DNA of 40,834 bases from Chitinophagales bacterium (lineage in GTDB: Bacteria > Bacteroidota > Bacteroidia > Chitinophagales > BACL12): assembly GCA_038223395.1 (NCBI GenBank), contig JBBRGZ010000003.1, positions 1 to 40,834 of the forward strand, given 5' to 3'. The number at the start of each line of letters is the position of its first letter. Within the stretch, counting starts at the first letter, position 1. A model generated the notes under the pieces. That model saw only the letters and a list, made by a program, of their open reading frames with translations. It was not told the DNA's origin and did no database searches. Shown here in pieces: positions 28,211 to 37,295 of this stretch. A program made the translations under genes and the position numbers.

Positions 28211-30040
28211 ATGAAAAAAATTCTTACAACAGCGTGCATTTTATTTGTTGTCTCTCAAGTAAAATTATCAGCACAAACCAATACATTTCCTTCAACAGGA
28301 AGTGCAGGGGTTGGGACCATTACACCTAACGCTTCTGCCATAGTGGAATTGCAATCAACCACCCAAGGTTTATTAGCTCCGCGTATGACAAAAGTACAAC
28401 GAGATGCAATTGTCGCACCAGTAACAGGGCTATTGATTTATCAAACCAACTCGACTCCCGGATTTTATTATTTTACAGGATCAAGTTGGGCTGCAATTTC
28501 TTCGAAGGGTGCAAATACAAATTTATCTAACTTAAGTGTCGGCGGAACTTCAATTAACCAAAATTTAACACCAAATGTAAACAACACTTTGGATTTAGGT
28601 TCTTCCAGTTTAAACTGGAATGAATTGTATGTTAACGCTGTTAAATTTATGGATGGTACCACACAAATATCTGCAGGTGGCGGTGCAACCTACACGGCGG
28701 GTACCGGAATTAATATTGCCGGATCTGTTATCACTAATACCGGTGATACAAATGGAGCAGATGATATTACAACTGCTACAAATCATACCGGAGATGTAAC
28801 AGGATTATATAATAATTTACAAATTGCAAGCGGTGCAGTTGGCACATCAGAAATTGCAGATGGCACAGTGTCGTCAACAGATATTTTAAATGCAACAATT
28901 GCTGCAGTTGATTTAAGTGCAATGGGTGCAATTTCAGGCCAAGTAATGCAATTCAACGGAACTTCATGGGTTGCAACTACGCCAACTGCCGGTGCGGAAG
29001 TAGATCCTCAGGTTGGAGTTATTTCTACAGATCTTATTCCGAGATGGAATGGCACGGCACTCGTTACCGGAGCAATAGTGGATGATGGTGATAATATTTC
29101 CGTTGGTTGGAATAATACTGGTATCGATGCGGAAGCTTCTGCGGCTTTTTATAATAATGAAAACGCAATACTTGATGAGGATGCAGCTTTAAAAGCTGTA
29201 GATCAAACAATTTCTATAGGCGGTACAGTTACCGAACTTGCCTCTGCAAAACTTGGTTTTAATTCCTCAGGAATGTTCATATTTGAAGCACCAGTAAGTC
29301 ATGCAGGTGTTTGGGGAAATGCCACAACTTCTTCAGGTAATTCTGCAGCAGTTTATGCAAATAATTATTCAACCGGAACAACAAATTATGGCGTTGTTGC
29401 AAAAAGTTTTGGATCAGGTACTACAAACTATGGTATTTGGGCAAAAGCTTATGGTGCTACAAATAACTATGCAGGATATTTCGATGGTGATGTGATAATC
29501 ACGGGCACTGATCAAACGCTCACCGTGCAAGGAACAGATCCTTATATTCAAATGGTAAGCGCGTTAGAAGATATTGGATATTTGAGAGCGCAAGGTGAAG
29601 ATATTATGCTTGCCTTAAATTCAGCTAACGACGATGGAAAATTAATTCTACGCACAAATGGTATAAATAGAATGTATATCAACGATAATGGCGATATCGT
29701 AATGGGTAACACTACAGTTGCTCCAAAAGCAGGTTACAAATTAAGTGTAGATGGTAAAGTTGTATGCGAAGAATTACTTGTTCAATTAAGCCCTTGGCCG
29801 GATTACGTTTTTAAACCGGATTATAAATTAGCATCATTACTTGAAGTAGAACAATATATTCAAGAAAATAATCATTTACCTGGTATTCCTACCGCTGAGG
29901 AAGTGGAATCTGAAGGATTAAATGTTGGTGAAATGCAAAAACTTATGATGGAAAAAATTGAAGAATTAACACTTTATTTGATTGATCTTAAAAAAGAAAA
30001 TGAAGTATTAAAAGTAGAAATTGAAGCATTAAAAAAATAA
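28211..30040 (+). CDS. Secreted fibre-like protein with a C-terminal tail-fibre chaperone-like (peptidase S74-related) region and coiled coil
   Basis: Signal peptide, GVGT..P.ASA...L.ST.QG.L.PRM...QR.AI..P..GL.IYQ, G/T/A-rich beta-repeats (NYGV, NYGIW, NYAGYFDG), and YKLSVDGKV...WPDYVF...HLPGIP..EEV...EKIEELTLY.I ending in heptads. No T9SS CTD. Confidence 0.72.
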   Translation: MKKILTTACILFVVSQVKLSAQTNTFPSTGSAGVGTITPNASAIVELQSTTQGLLAPRMTKVQRDAIVAPVTGLLIYQTNSTPGFYYFTGSSWAAISSKGANTNLSNLSVGGTSINQNLTPNVNNTLDLGSSSLNWNELYVNAVKFMDGTTQISAGGGATYTAGTGINIAGSVITNTGDTNGADDITTATNHTGDVTGLYNNLQIASGAVGTSEIADGTVSSTDILNATIAAVDLSAMGAISGQVMQFNGTSWVATTPTAGAEVDPQVGVISTDLIPRWNGTALVTGAIVDDGDNISVGWNNTGIDAEASAAFYNNENAILDEDAALKAVDQTISIGGTVTELASAKLGFNSSGMFIFEAPVSHAGVWGNATTSSGNSAAVYANNYSTGTTNYGVVAKSFGSGTTNYGIWAKAYGATNNYAGYFDGDVIITGTDQTLTVQGTDPYIQMVSALEDIGYLRAQGEDIMLALNSANDDGKLILRTNGINRMYINDNGDIVMGNTTVAPKAGYKLSVDGKVVCEELLVQLSPWPDYVFKPDYKLASLLEVEQYIQENNHLPGIPTAEEVESEGLNVGEMQKLMMEKIEELTLYLIDLKKENEVLKVEIEALKK

Positions 30041-30067
30041 TTTTTCACTATTCTTAAATGTAAGAAA

Positions 30068-31777
30068 ATGAAACGAATTAAACATAAAATAAAATGGATG
30101 CTTAGCACTGTTTTATTAATAGGGTCCTTTAATGCTTTTGCGCAAACTGTACAAATACTAGGTGGCGATAAACCCCAAATTCAATGTGTTACAGAAGATG
30201 ATTATCAAAAGTATTTGAGACCAGAAATTCAAACTAATATTGCAAGACTTCGTCAAGAGGGTAGGTTGCATGCAGATGCAAATGCAAAAATGACGGGTGA
30301 AGTAAAATTTGACTGGCCATTAAAAATGACTCCAGAATACCAGGCAATAGAAGGCGTAAATTCCTATTTTTTTATTTCAAACTTTGCTGACCTGAATCAC
30401 GATATAAATTATCGACTTGATTGGGAATGTAATACTGCCTTTTTTGAAGATCACTATTTTGGAGGTGCAAAAAATTATGATGGGCACAATGGTGCCGACA
30501 TTGTTCCATATCCATTTCCATGGCAAATGATGGATGACGAAAGTGTAGATATAATTGCAGCTGCAGATGGACAAGTAATTCATATGTATAATGGAAATAC
30601 CATCGACCGTAATTGTGAGGCGCCCCACGTATTTAATGACGAGCCTTTTAACGGCGGTTATTATGGAAATTTTATAGCGCTCCTGCATGACGATATGTCG
30701 ATAACCGTGTATGCTCATATGAAAATTGGAACCATGGCAGATCTTGAGGTAGATGACTATGTTTCCGCAGGACAATACCTCGGTAAAATAGGAAGTTCCG
30801 GAAACTCTTCAGCACCTCACCTGCACTTTGAATTTAGACCAACTGAAGGAAGCCAATACGATGAACCTTGGTTTGATCCTGAAGGATGCAACGAAGATCT
30901 TACAGAAAGCAGATGGATTGATCAAATACCTTATTATGAGCCTGAAGTTTTAAGAGTTTCGACGCATGACGTATTACCCGTTTTTAAAACATGCGCTGAA
31001 TATGAAGCCGGCAGCAACGAAACTGTAAATTTTTCAAACCATTTTACAACTGACCAAGTGCTCTTGATTAGCGTAGCTATGCGCGATTTTTTCGTTGGTG
31101 ATGATCTTGATGTAGATATTATTTCTAGTACGGGATTTGTTTTGGTAGACCAAGACTATGTGGCTGCTTCTAATTATTACAATGAGATATTTTTATTTAC
31201 CCAATCATTGGCAGGGTATTCTACAGGCACTTATAAAATCAGGGTTACACACCAAGGCAAATCCTATTACCATTATTTTACTGTTAATTGCCCATCAGCT
31301 TTAACGTTGACAGGCACTCATACCGGTGTAAAAGGATATTTGAATGGCGACTATATTGCATCCACTGCCACTATTTCGGGGGTTAGCACAAATAACGTGC
31401 TGTATGAAGCAGAAAATTATGTTAAACTCAATGTAGGATTTAAAGCAACTGTAAATTGTAAATTCAGCGCTCAAATAGATGATTGCACTATCGGTGGTTT
31501 AAAGAATGCTCCAACTGTAGTTGAGAATAATCAAATGTTGGTTTATCCTAATCCCAATTTTGGAAATTTTGAGTTGTATTATTATACGGATAATCCTTCT
31601 GATAAATATTTTCTAATTCGTAATCTGGTAGGGGAAATAATTTATTCTTCTTCAAAACTAAATGACGTAAATCTTTTTACAGAACAAATTGATTTATCTG
31701 ATCAAGCAAAAGGAATTTATTTAATTGAATTTTACAATGGCAAGTTTGTAGAAACTGCAAAAGTAGTTGTTCAATAA
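30068..31777 (+). CDS. M23 family metallopeptidase with a T9SS type A C-terminal domain
   Basis: YDGHNGAD (HxxxD), AAADG.V, GN....H, YAHM and GSSGNS..PHLHFE (HxH) motifs. C-terminal VYPNP...GIYLI...K.VVQ. Confidence 0.92.
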   Translation: MKRIKHKIKWMLSTVLLIGSFNAFAQTVQILGGDKPQIQCVTEDDYQKYLRPEIQTNIARLRQEGRLHADANAKMTGEVKFDWPLKMTPEYQAIEGVNSYFFISNFADLNHDINYRLDWECNTAFFEDHYFGGAKNYDGHNGADIVPYPFPWQMMDDESVDIIAAADGQVIHMYNGNTIDRNCEAPHVFNDEPFNGGYYGNFIALLHDDMSITVYAHMKIGTMADLEVDDYVSAGQYLGKIGSSGNSSAPHLHFEFRPTEGSQYDEPWFDPEGCNEDLTESRWIDQIPYYEPEVLRVSTHDVLPVFKTCAEYEAGSNETVNFSNHFTTDQVLLISVAMRDFFVGDDLDVDIISSTGFVLVDQDYVAASNYYNEIFLFTQSLAGYSTGTYKIRVTHQGKSYYHYFTVNCPSALTLTGTHTGVKGYLNGDYIASTATISGVSTNNVLYEAENYVKLNVGFKATVNCKFSAQIDDCTIGGLKNAPTVVENNQMLVYPNPNFGNFELYYYTDNPSDKYFLIRNLVGEIIYSSSKLNDVNLFTEQIDLSDQAKGIYLIEFYNGKFVETAKVVVQ

Positions 31778-31795
31778 CTTGATATTACAGAACAT

Positions 31796-31825
31796 AGCCC
31801 TGCAATTTATTGCAGGGTTTTTTTT
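31796..31825 (+). terminator. Intrinsic terminator of the fibre/M23 operon
   Basis: AGCCCTGCAA-ttta-TTGCAGGGTT followed by a T run. Confidence 0.88.
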
Positions 31826-31941
31826 ATGCCAAAAAAGTAAATATTAGTGGATTTGATGAGGCGTAATTACTCTCCTTGTAAATTAATTTCAATTTGATTT
31901 AAAAATCTATTCTTTAATGATATTTTCAAATTAAATATTTA

Positions 31942-32385
31942 TTAATCAATCAATGGTTCATCTTTTCCCTCTCTGATAAAGGCTAAAAAATTCAAATTTT
32001 TCTTATAATCTTCCAATATTTCATTATGATCGAAAGCGAGTTTAGGAAGGTTCTCAATAGCCAACACACTTACCTGCTCAGCATCATCGCTTGCATGTAA
32101 ATTTCCTCCAACAACACGCGCTGTATATACAACCGATATATATCTGCCACGTGGGTCTCTTGTGGGTTTAGAATACACACCAACTATACCTGTTAATTCA
32201 ATATCTAATCCCGTTTCCTCCTTGGCTTCTCTTATGGCAGTATTTTCAATTTTTTCATCGTCTTCCATTTTGCCACCCGGCAATGCCCAGCTTTCTTTAA
32301 ATGGCTCGTATTTTCTTTTTACAAATACAATTTGATTAATTCCCATTTCAATTATTACATCTGCAGTCATTTGTACTTCTTGCAT
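31942..32385 (-). CDS. NUDIX hydrolase (ADP-ribose pyrophosphatase-like)
   Basis: WALPGG...E....TA.REAKEETG Nudix box, RDPR, DDA and LAFDH motifs. Confidence 0.93.
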   Translation of the reverse strand: MQEVQMTADVIIEMGINQIVFVKRKYEPFKESWALPGGKMEDDEKIENTAIREAKEETGLDIELTGIVGVYSKPTRDPRGRYISVVYTARVVGGNLHASDDAEQVSVLAIENLPKLAFDHNEILEDYKKNLNFLAFIREGKDEPLID

Positions 32386-32668
32386 GCTTCACGATTTATA
32401 TTATTTAAAATAATGCTATTTTATTGAAAATTGTATGCCAAAATTTACTTATTGCTTTTAAATTTGATAATGGTAATGAGCCATATAGATAACAATACTC
32501 TAAAATAGTTAAAAACATCGGTATATAAATAATCTACCTGTGCATTTTTTTGCGCAAATCGTGGAATAGTAAATACTAATGGTAGTTTCATTTACTATTT
32601 GCCTACTTTTATCATTCATTTAGTAATTTCGCTTTTCACTACCAATACATCATTTATTAAGAAATACT

Positions 32669-33364
32669 ATGGCACTTAAGAAAATTACTTCCTCCCTATA
32701 CCAAATCTCTCTTGGTCCTGTAAATGCATTTTTTATAGATTGCGATGAACCAGTTTTAATAGACACGGGTTTTAAAGGCAATCATAGTAAGATCTATAAA
32801 ATACTCGAAACAATTAATAGAAAACCTACCGATATTAAACATGTCGTTTTAACCCACAGTCACCCCGACCATGCAGGTGCGCTTGCTGATATTGTTTCCG
32901 ATTCCGGCGCAAAAACTTACATGCATTTTGAAGACGCCGCCTTAATTCGAGTTGGTTTAGCAGGAAGACTACCACATGAAGTTGCGCCGGAGTTACTTAA
33001 TAAAATCCTATATCAACTTTTTATTAAAAAATCGCATAATAAAAATGATATTATTAATATTGATGTTGAATTAAAAGATAATGATTTTCTTCCGATTGGT
33101 GGTGGAATTCACGTAATATCTACTCCCGGGCACAGTTTAGGACATATATGTTTATTGATAGAGAATCAAAATTGTTTAATAGCTGGTGATATGTGCTCAA
33201 ATATGATGGGATTAAAATATAGCACCGTTTATGAAAATATGGAAGTGGGTCGACAATCAATACTGAAAGCTACCGGATTTCCCTTTGAAATTGCAGCTTT
33301 TGGCCATGGAAATCCTATTTTAAAACAAGCTCAAAAACATATTTTTGATAAATTTTCCAATTGA
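32669..33364 (+). CDS. MBL-fold metallo-hydrolase
   Basis: LIDTG, THSHPDHAG, TPGHS.GH, AGD and FGHG motifs. Confidence 0.93.
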   Translation: MALKKITSSLYQISLGPVNAFFIDCDEPVLIDTGFKGNHSKIYKILETINRKPTDIKHVVLTHSHPDHAGALADIVSDSGAKTYMHFEDAALIRVGLAGRLPHEVAPELLNKILYQLFIKKSHNKNDIINIDVELKDNDFLPIGGGIHVISTPGHSLGHICLLIENQNCLIAGDMCSNMMGLKYSTVYENMEVGRQSILKATGFPFEIAAFGHGNPILKQAQKHIFDKFSN

Positions 33365-33365
33365 T

Positions 33366-34898
33366 TTAACTTCCTGAATTTTTATCTCTTTCTATTAATT
33401 CGCTTATTGGTATGTCTAAAATCTTTGCACGCAACCAACGTATAATATTAAAATTTGCGAAGGCTGATTTTTCGGTTTCATTTTCGTTAAATAAGGTAAC
33501 TAACTCTAATAAAATGGTTTCAAGTATTTTGGTTTGTTCTGATTTATCAGCGGCGTAAATTAACTTATTAAAATACTTAAGAAATATGCGTTCGGTTAAA
33601 TAATAAAATTCCTCCTGTTGTAAATATCTTTTTGCAGAGCGCGAAATGCTCTCCAGAATTAAATTGTTTTCTAAATCGTAATGTGCAATAAGATATAATA
33701 TTCTAACGTGGGCTTGAACATCTTTGCGCAATTCAATATCTTTTATATTCATTAATTCATCCAGAATTTCTAGCGAAGCAGGCACATTGTTATTTGAATA
33801 ATAAAAGGTTGCAATTTCAAATTGAATTAACATCCAACGTACCTTATTAATGTACGGTTTGTATTTATTTATTTCGGGGAGCGTTTCTGCAATGAATGCT
33901 GCAAATCCTTTCATGTCTAACTTTACTCTATACGTTATTTCTTTCCACATCCACCAATGCTCAAAATATATTGCTTTTTGTAAAATTGTTGTAAGCGGAG
34001 GAGGAATGAAATTATTAACTGCATCAATAAATTCGTCGTATCGGTCAAACCTGCTTAATGCACCCAAATAATTATTTATCGCAGCAATGTATCTTATTGG
34101 TTCCGCTTCCATTAAAGCAGGATTCTCTTCCCAAAGCTGAATTACTTTTTTAATATAATATCTATTTTTTTCTTCGTTGCCACTTAAATAATGAAAATTA
34201 GAATGGATGTAATTAAAATATAACCTTCCATAAAAATCCTGAGGTTCATTTTCTTCTAACAGAACAGATTGTTTTATAATATTTTCCCAATCCGCTTTTT
34301 GTTCAGATGTTCTAAAATAAGGTTGTGTTTTAATAAATTTTGTACTCTTAAAATATATTTTTTGAATCTCAAATGTGTTTTGGTAGGCTAATAATAATTT
34401 GTCTGTCCGTTCAAATGAGGGACCAACATTTTGCTCCCAAAGATCAGCCTTTAAATCTACAAAATATCGACGTTTCCATGTTTCTATGTCCAGATTAAAT
34501 GCTTTCTCATCTAATAATTCGGCAAGTGTTGCTGCTTTATCCCACATTTTTAAAGCTTCGTCATACAACCCCTTTTCAAATAAAACCTCGCCATTTTCCA
34601 TCAACGCATTCAACCTCATAAATTTTGAAGACCCACTACGATAATTGCGTTGACTTTTAAGTAACAATTCGAAAAGATAATTTTTTGCCACTGAAAATTG
34701 TTTAATAAAAGGCTGTGTTCTAAACTTTTTTAATAATTCCTCTTCATTATAATCTTCCTGAGAGTCAATGGCGTTAAAAAGCAATATGTAGTTTTTATCA
34801 GTGTTTTTACCCGAACTCTGCGCTTGTTTCTTAAAATAGCCTTTCTCGTTTTTGTCGAGGGATTTTATCAGTCTGAAAAGGTCGTTTCCGGCTTTCAT
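33366..34898 (-). CDS. Conserved hypothetical all-helical cytoplasmic protein (LF.LIKSL...EK.YF family)
   Basis: 510-aa ORF with no signal peptide. N-terminal DLFRLIKSLDKNEKGYFK...Y..LF.AI...K.YL..L.LKS.R.Y, a TPR-like middle, and C-terminal R.L.LI.HY.L.N..L....S..R.L. Confidence 0.7.
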   Translation of the reverse strand: MKAGNDLFRLIKSLDKNEKGYFKKQAQSSGKNTDKNYILLFNAIDSQEDYNEEELLKKFRTQPFIKQFSVAKNYLFELLLKSQRNYRSGSSKFMRLNALMENGEVLFEKGLYDEALKMWDKAATLAELLDEKAFNLDIETWKRRYFVDLKADLWEQNVGPSFERTDKLLLAYQNTFEIQKIYFKSTKFIKTQPYFRTSEQKADWENIIKQSVLLEENEPQDFYGRLYFNYIHSNFHYLSGNEEKNRYYIKKVIQLWEENPALMEAEPIRYIAAINNYLGALSRFDRYDEFIDAVNNFIPPPLTTILQKAIYFEHWWMWKEITYRVKLDMKGFAAFIAETLPEINKYKPYINKVRWMLIQFEIATFYYSNNNVPASLEILDELMNIKDIELRKDVQAHVRILYLIAHYDLENNLILESISRSAKRYLQQEEFYYLTERIFLKYFNKLIYAADKSEQTKILETILLELVTLFNENETEKSAFANFNIIRWLRAKILDIPISELIERDKNSGS

Positions 34899-35076
34899 AG
34901 TACTTTTTTGGGCTCTAAAGATACTCTTTCCTTTTTTATTAAAAGTGAGTAATATCGGCCCTTAGCATCTTGTTTACTCCTTTCGAATACTAAGAATAGA
35001 CCTGTTTTTTGTTGTTTAAATATTTGGGTGCCCAATACCTTTGACTTATTAAATCAAACAAAAAAAACAAAAAACG

Positions 35077-36696
35077 ATGAAACCTATTACAATTTTAAGT
35101 ATTGCATTCATTTTGTCCCTAGGATATTTAAATGCACAAAGCGTATTCCTGAAAGGATACGGTGATGCTACATCAAATTTTACAAGTGGCCGTGTTACTG
35201 ACTCACAAGGCAATAGTTTTTTTGTCGGCAATTTTTATGGCGAGTCAATGCAATTTGGAGATATTTTAATCGAAAGTGATTTTGATTATACGCCTTATTT
35301 GTTAAAAATGGATAACGACGGTAATCCACTTTGGGCAATAGCAGAAGCAAGTGCCGGTAAACCCAAATTTTACGATATTGCTCTTGATCATGAAAATAAT
35401 ATCATTATTTGCGGCGAATTTTATGCTGACGATGCAATTTTAAGCGGCATTACTTTGTCAACAAATGGCGACAATGCATTTATTGCAAAATATAACCCGA
35501 ATGGAGATATTATTTGGGCAAAATCTATTTCCGGTGAATCTTTAACTTTTAAAAAACTTGCAATTGATAAGGATAATAACATTTTATTTTTAGGCGAAAA
35601 TGCAGGCGCTCTCAATTTTTTAGGAAATGATGTTGAAGTATTTGGTGATTATGATATCATCTATGGTAAATATGATAAAAATGGAAATTCACTTTGGCTA
35701 AAAAGTTTAGGTAGTTCTTCCGGCGAAAATGCGAATGCAATCGCAACTGATAATAGTAATAATATCTTAATTTCAGTAAATTATGGTGGTAATTTTAGTA
35801 TTGATGGTATTGCTGTAATGGATTTAGGCTTATCTGACGCTGCACTCATTAAAACAAATGGTTTAGGTGAGGCATTATGGGTTAAAACGATTAGTGGACC
35901 GAGCGATAATTGCAAAATAGCAGATATGGTTGCTGATGCATCAGATGATATTTATGTTATTGCTGAAGCCGCATCAGATGATTTAGTGTTTGGAACAGCA
36001 GTTTCAAATTACGGCCTGTCTGATATTTATACTTTAAAATTGCATGGCGATGATGGTGCAGTATCATGGTATAAATTTGGTGGTGGATCGAGCTACGACC
36101 ATGCTGAATCAATTGCGCTTGCAACAGATGGCGTTTTTGTAACGGGCAATTTTGGCGGTGCTGCGGAATTTGACGGGTTACAATTATATACCGATTTTTC
36201 AGCAGGATTTATTATAGCTTATCACTTAAATGGCGATATTACACAAGTTTATAATTTAGACGGTAACTCATTTGTTTCTCCTGATAAAATTTCTACTGAT
36301 CAATTCGGGAATGTATACTGCAGCGGAACATTTTTTGACAATATAATTATTGACGATGCCCCTGAACTTTTTACGGAGGGCAATGCAGATATTTTTATGT
36401 ATAAATTTAATTCAAGTTTAGTCGGTATTTCCGCTGCGGATATTAATCCAATACAAGTTTCAATTTACCCTAACCCTACAACAAATCTGATTAATATTTT
36501 ATGTGGAGAAGGCGTAACAAGTCAAATAGAAATATCTATTTTAAATGCTACAGGACAAATAGTTAATCAATTATTAAATGCAAATCCATTTGAATTGCAA
36601 TCCTTTGATGTTTCTAATCTACCTGCAGGTTTGTACGCAATATCAATTCGCAACAATAACAGGATAATTAATTCTCAAAAATTTTTAAAGCTTTAG
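35077..36696 (+). CDS. Beta-propeller (SBBP-like repeat) protein with a T9SS type A C-terminal domain
   Basis: Signal peptide, repeats D..GN....G.F.G / AFIAKY..NG...WAK, and C-terminal IYPNP...I.NATGQ...D.SNLPAGLY.I...KF.K. Confidence 0.9.
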   Translation: MKPITILSIAFILSLGYLNAQSVFLKGYGDATSNFTSGRVTDSQGNSFFVGNFYGESMQFGDILIESDFDYTPYLLKMDNDGNPLWAIAEASAGKPKFYDIALDHENNIIICGEFYADDAILSGITLSTNGDNAFIAKYNPNGDIIWAKSISGESLTFKKLAIDKDNNILFLGENAGALNFLGNDVEVFGDYDIIYGKYDKNGNSLWLKSLGSSSGENANAIATDNSNNILISVNYGGNFSIDGIAVMDLGLSDAALIKTNGLGEALWVKTISGPSDNCKIADMVADASDDIYVIAEAASDDLVFGTAVSNYGLSDIYTLKLHGDDGAVSWYKFGGGSSYDHAESIALATDGVFVTGNFGGAAEFDGLQLYTDFSAGFIIAYHLNGDITQVYNLDGNSFVSPDKISTDQFGNVYCSGTFFDNIIIDDAPELFTEGNADIFMYKFNSSLVGISAADINPIQVSIYPNPTTNLINILCGEGVTSQIEISILNATGQIVNQLLNANPFELQSFDVSNLPAGLYAISIRNNNRIINSQKFLKL

Positions 36697-36727
36697 GTTT
36701 CAAAAGTCGCAGTTTTGCGATGTTTTT

Positions 36728-36763
36728 TGCAGCTGTAGATTATTTCTGCAGCTGTATTTTTTT
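36728..36763 (+). terminator. Probable intrinsic terminator
   Basis: TGCAGCTGTAGA-ttatt-TCTGCAGCTGTA followed by a T run, ~30 nt after the stop codon. Confidence 0.7.
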
Positions 36764-36894
36764 GCCTTGTAGAATCGCAGACTTATAAATTCTAATCCTA
36801 TTTTTAGACAGTCCATACTTTATTTTAGGCATGATATTGTTAATATTTGTAATCAATATGTATTTTTATTTCACTTTAAACAAAAATTTTCAAT

Positions 36895-37011
36895 ATGCGA
36901 AATCCATTTAGAGCCTTATTAGCTGGTGCTGCTGCCTACAAATGGGGCGGTGGTTGCGTAGGAACAGTAATTATTTTCCTTTTAATTTATTGGTTGCTGG
37001 GTAGTTGTTAA
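36895..37011 (+). CDS. Small (38 aa) single-pass membrane protein, below the ORF track cut-off
   Basis: MRNPFRALLAGAAAYKWGGGCVGTVIIFLLIYWLLGSC*. It has an A-rich leader, locally higher GC than its flanks, a hydrophobic C-terminal helix and a downstream hairpin (37056-37107). Confidence 0.75.
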   Translation: MRNPFRALLAGAAAYKWGGGCVGTVIIFLLIYWLLGSC

Positions 37012-37145
37012 AATTACCTAAGTAAAATATTCCTCACTTTCTGAATTTAATATGGAAAAAATGGGGCAGTTTATTTTGATTATGCAAAATATCTGGCCCC
37101 ATTTTTTATTCATTCCAAAAATATTTTTGCGGTCAATGTAGGAAT

Positions 37146-37186
37146 AAAAAAAACCTTTAGCTCAATTATTTAAAGAGCTAAAGGTT
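37146..37186 (-). terminator. Intrinsic terminator on the minus strand
   Basis: An A run, then AACCTTTAGCTC-loop-GAGCTAAAGGTT, giving a stem plus U tract on the minus strand. Confidence 0.8.
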
Positions 37187-37295
37187 GGTTTGTTTCGAAA
37201 GTCCAAACTTTATTAATATTAATAGGTGTGTTTCATTGGTTGTATTTGGACTAATTAACCGGTTGTGTGTGTTGGACTATGAGGATGTTTAAATA

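Noticed and set aside
28211-30040. Prophage or tailocin remnant
   Set aside because: The fibre-like gene has a Sec signal peptide, and no capsid, tail tube/sheath, baseplate, terminase or integrase genes are nearby.
32669-33364. Metallo-beta-lactamase resistance gene
   Set aside because: It has no signal peptide and a generic HxHxDH glyoxalase-II-like motif set. The fold alone does not imply beta-lactamase activity.
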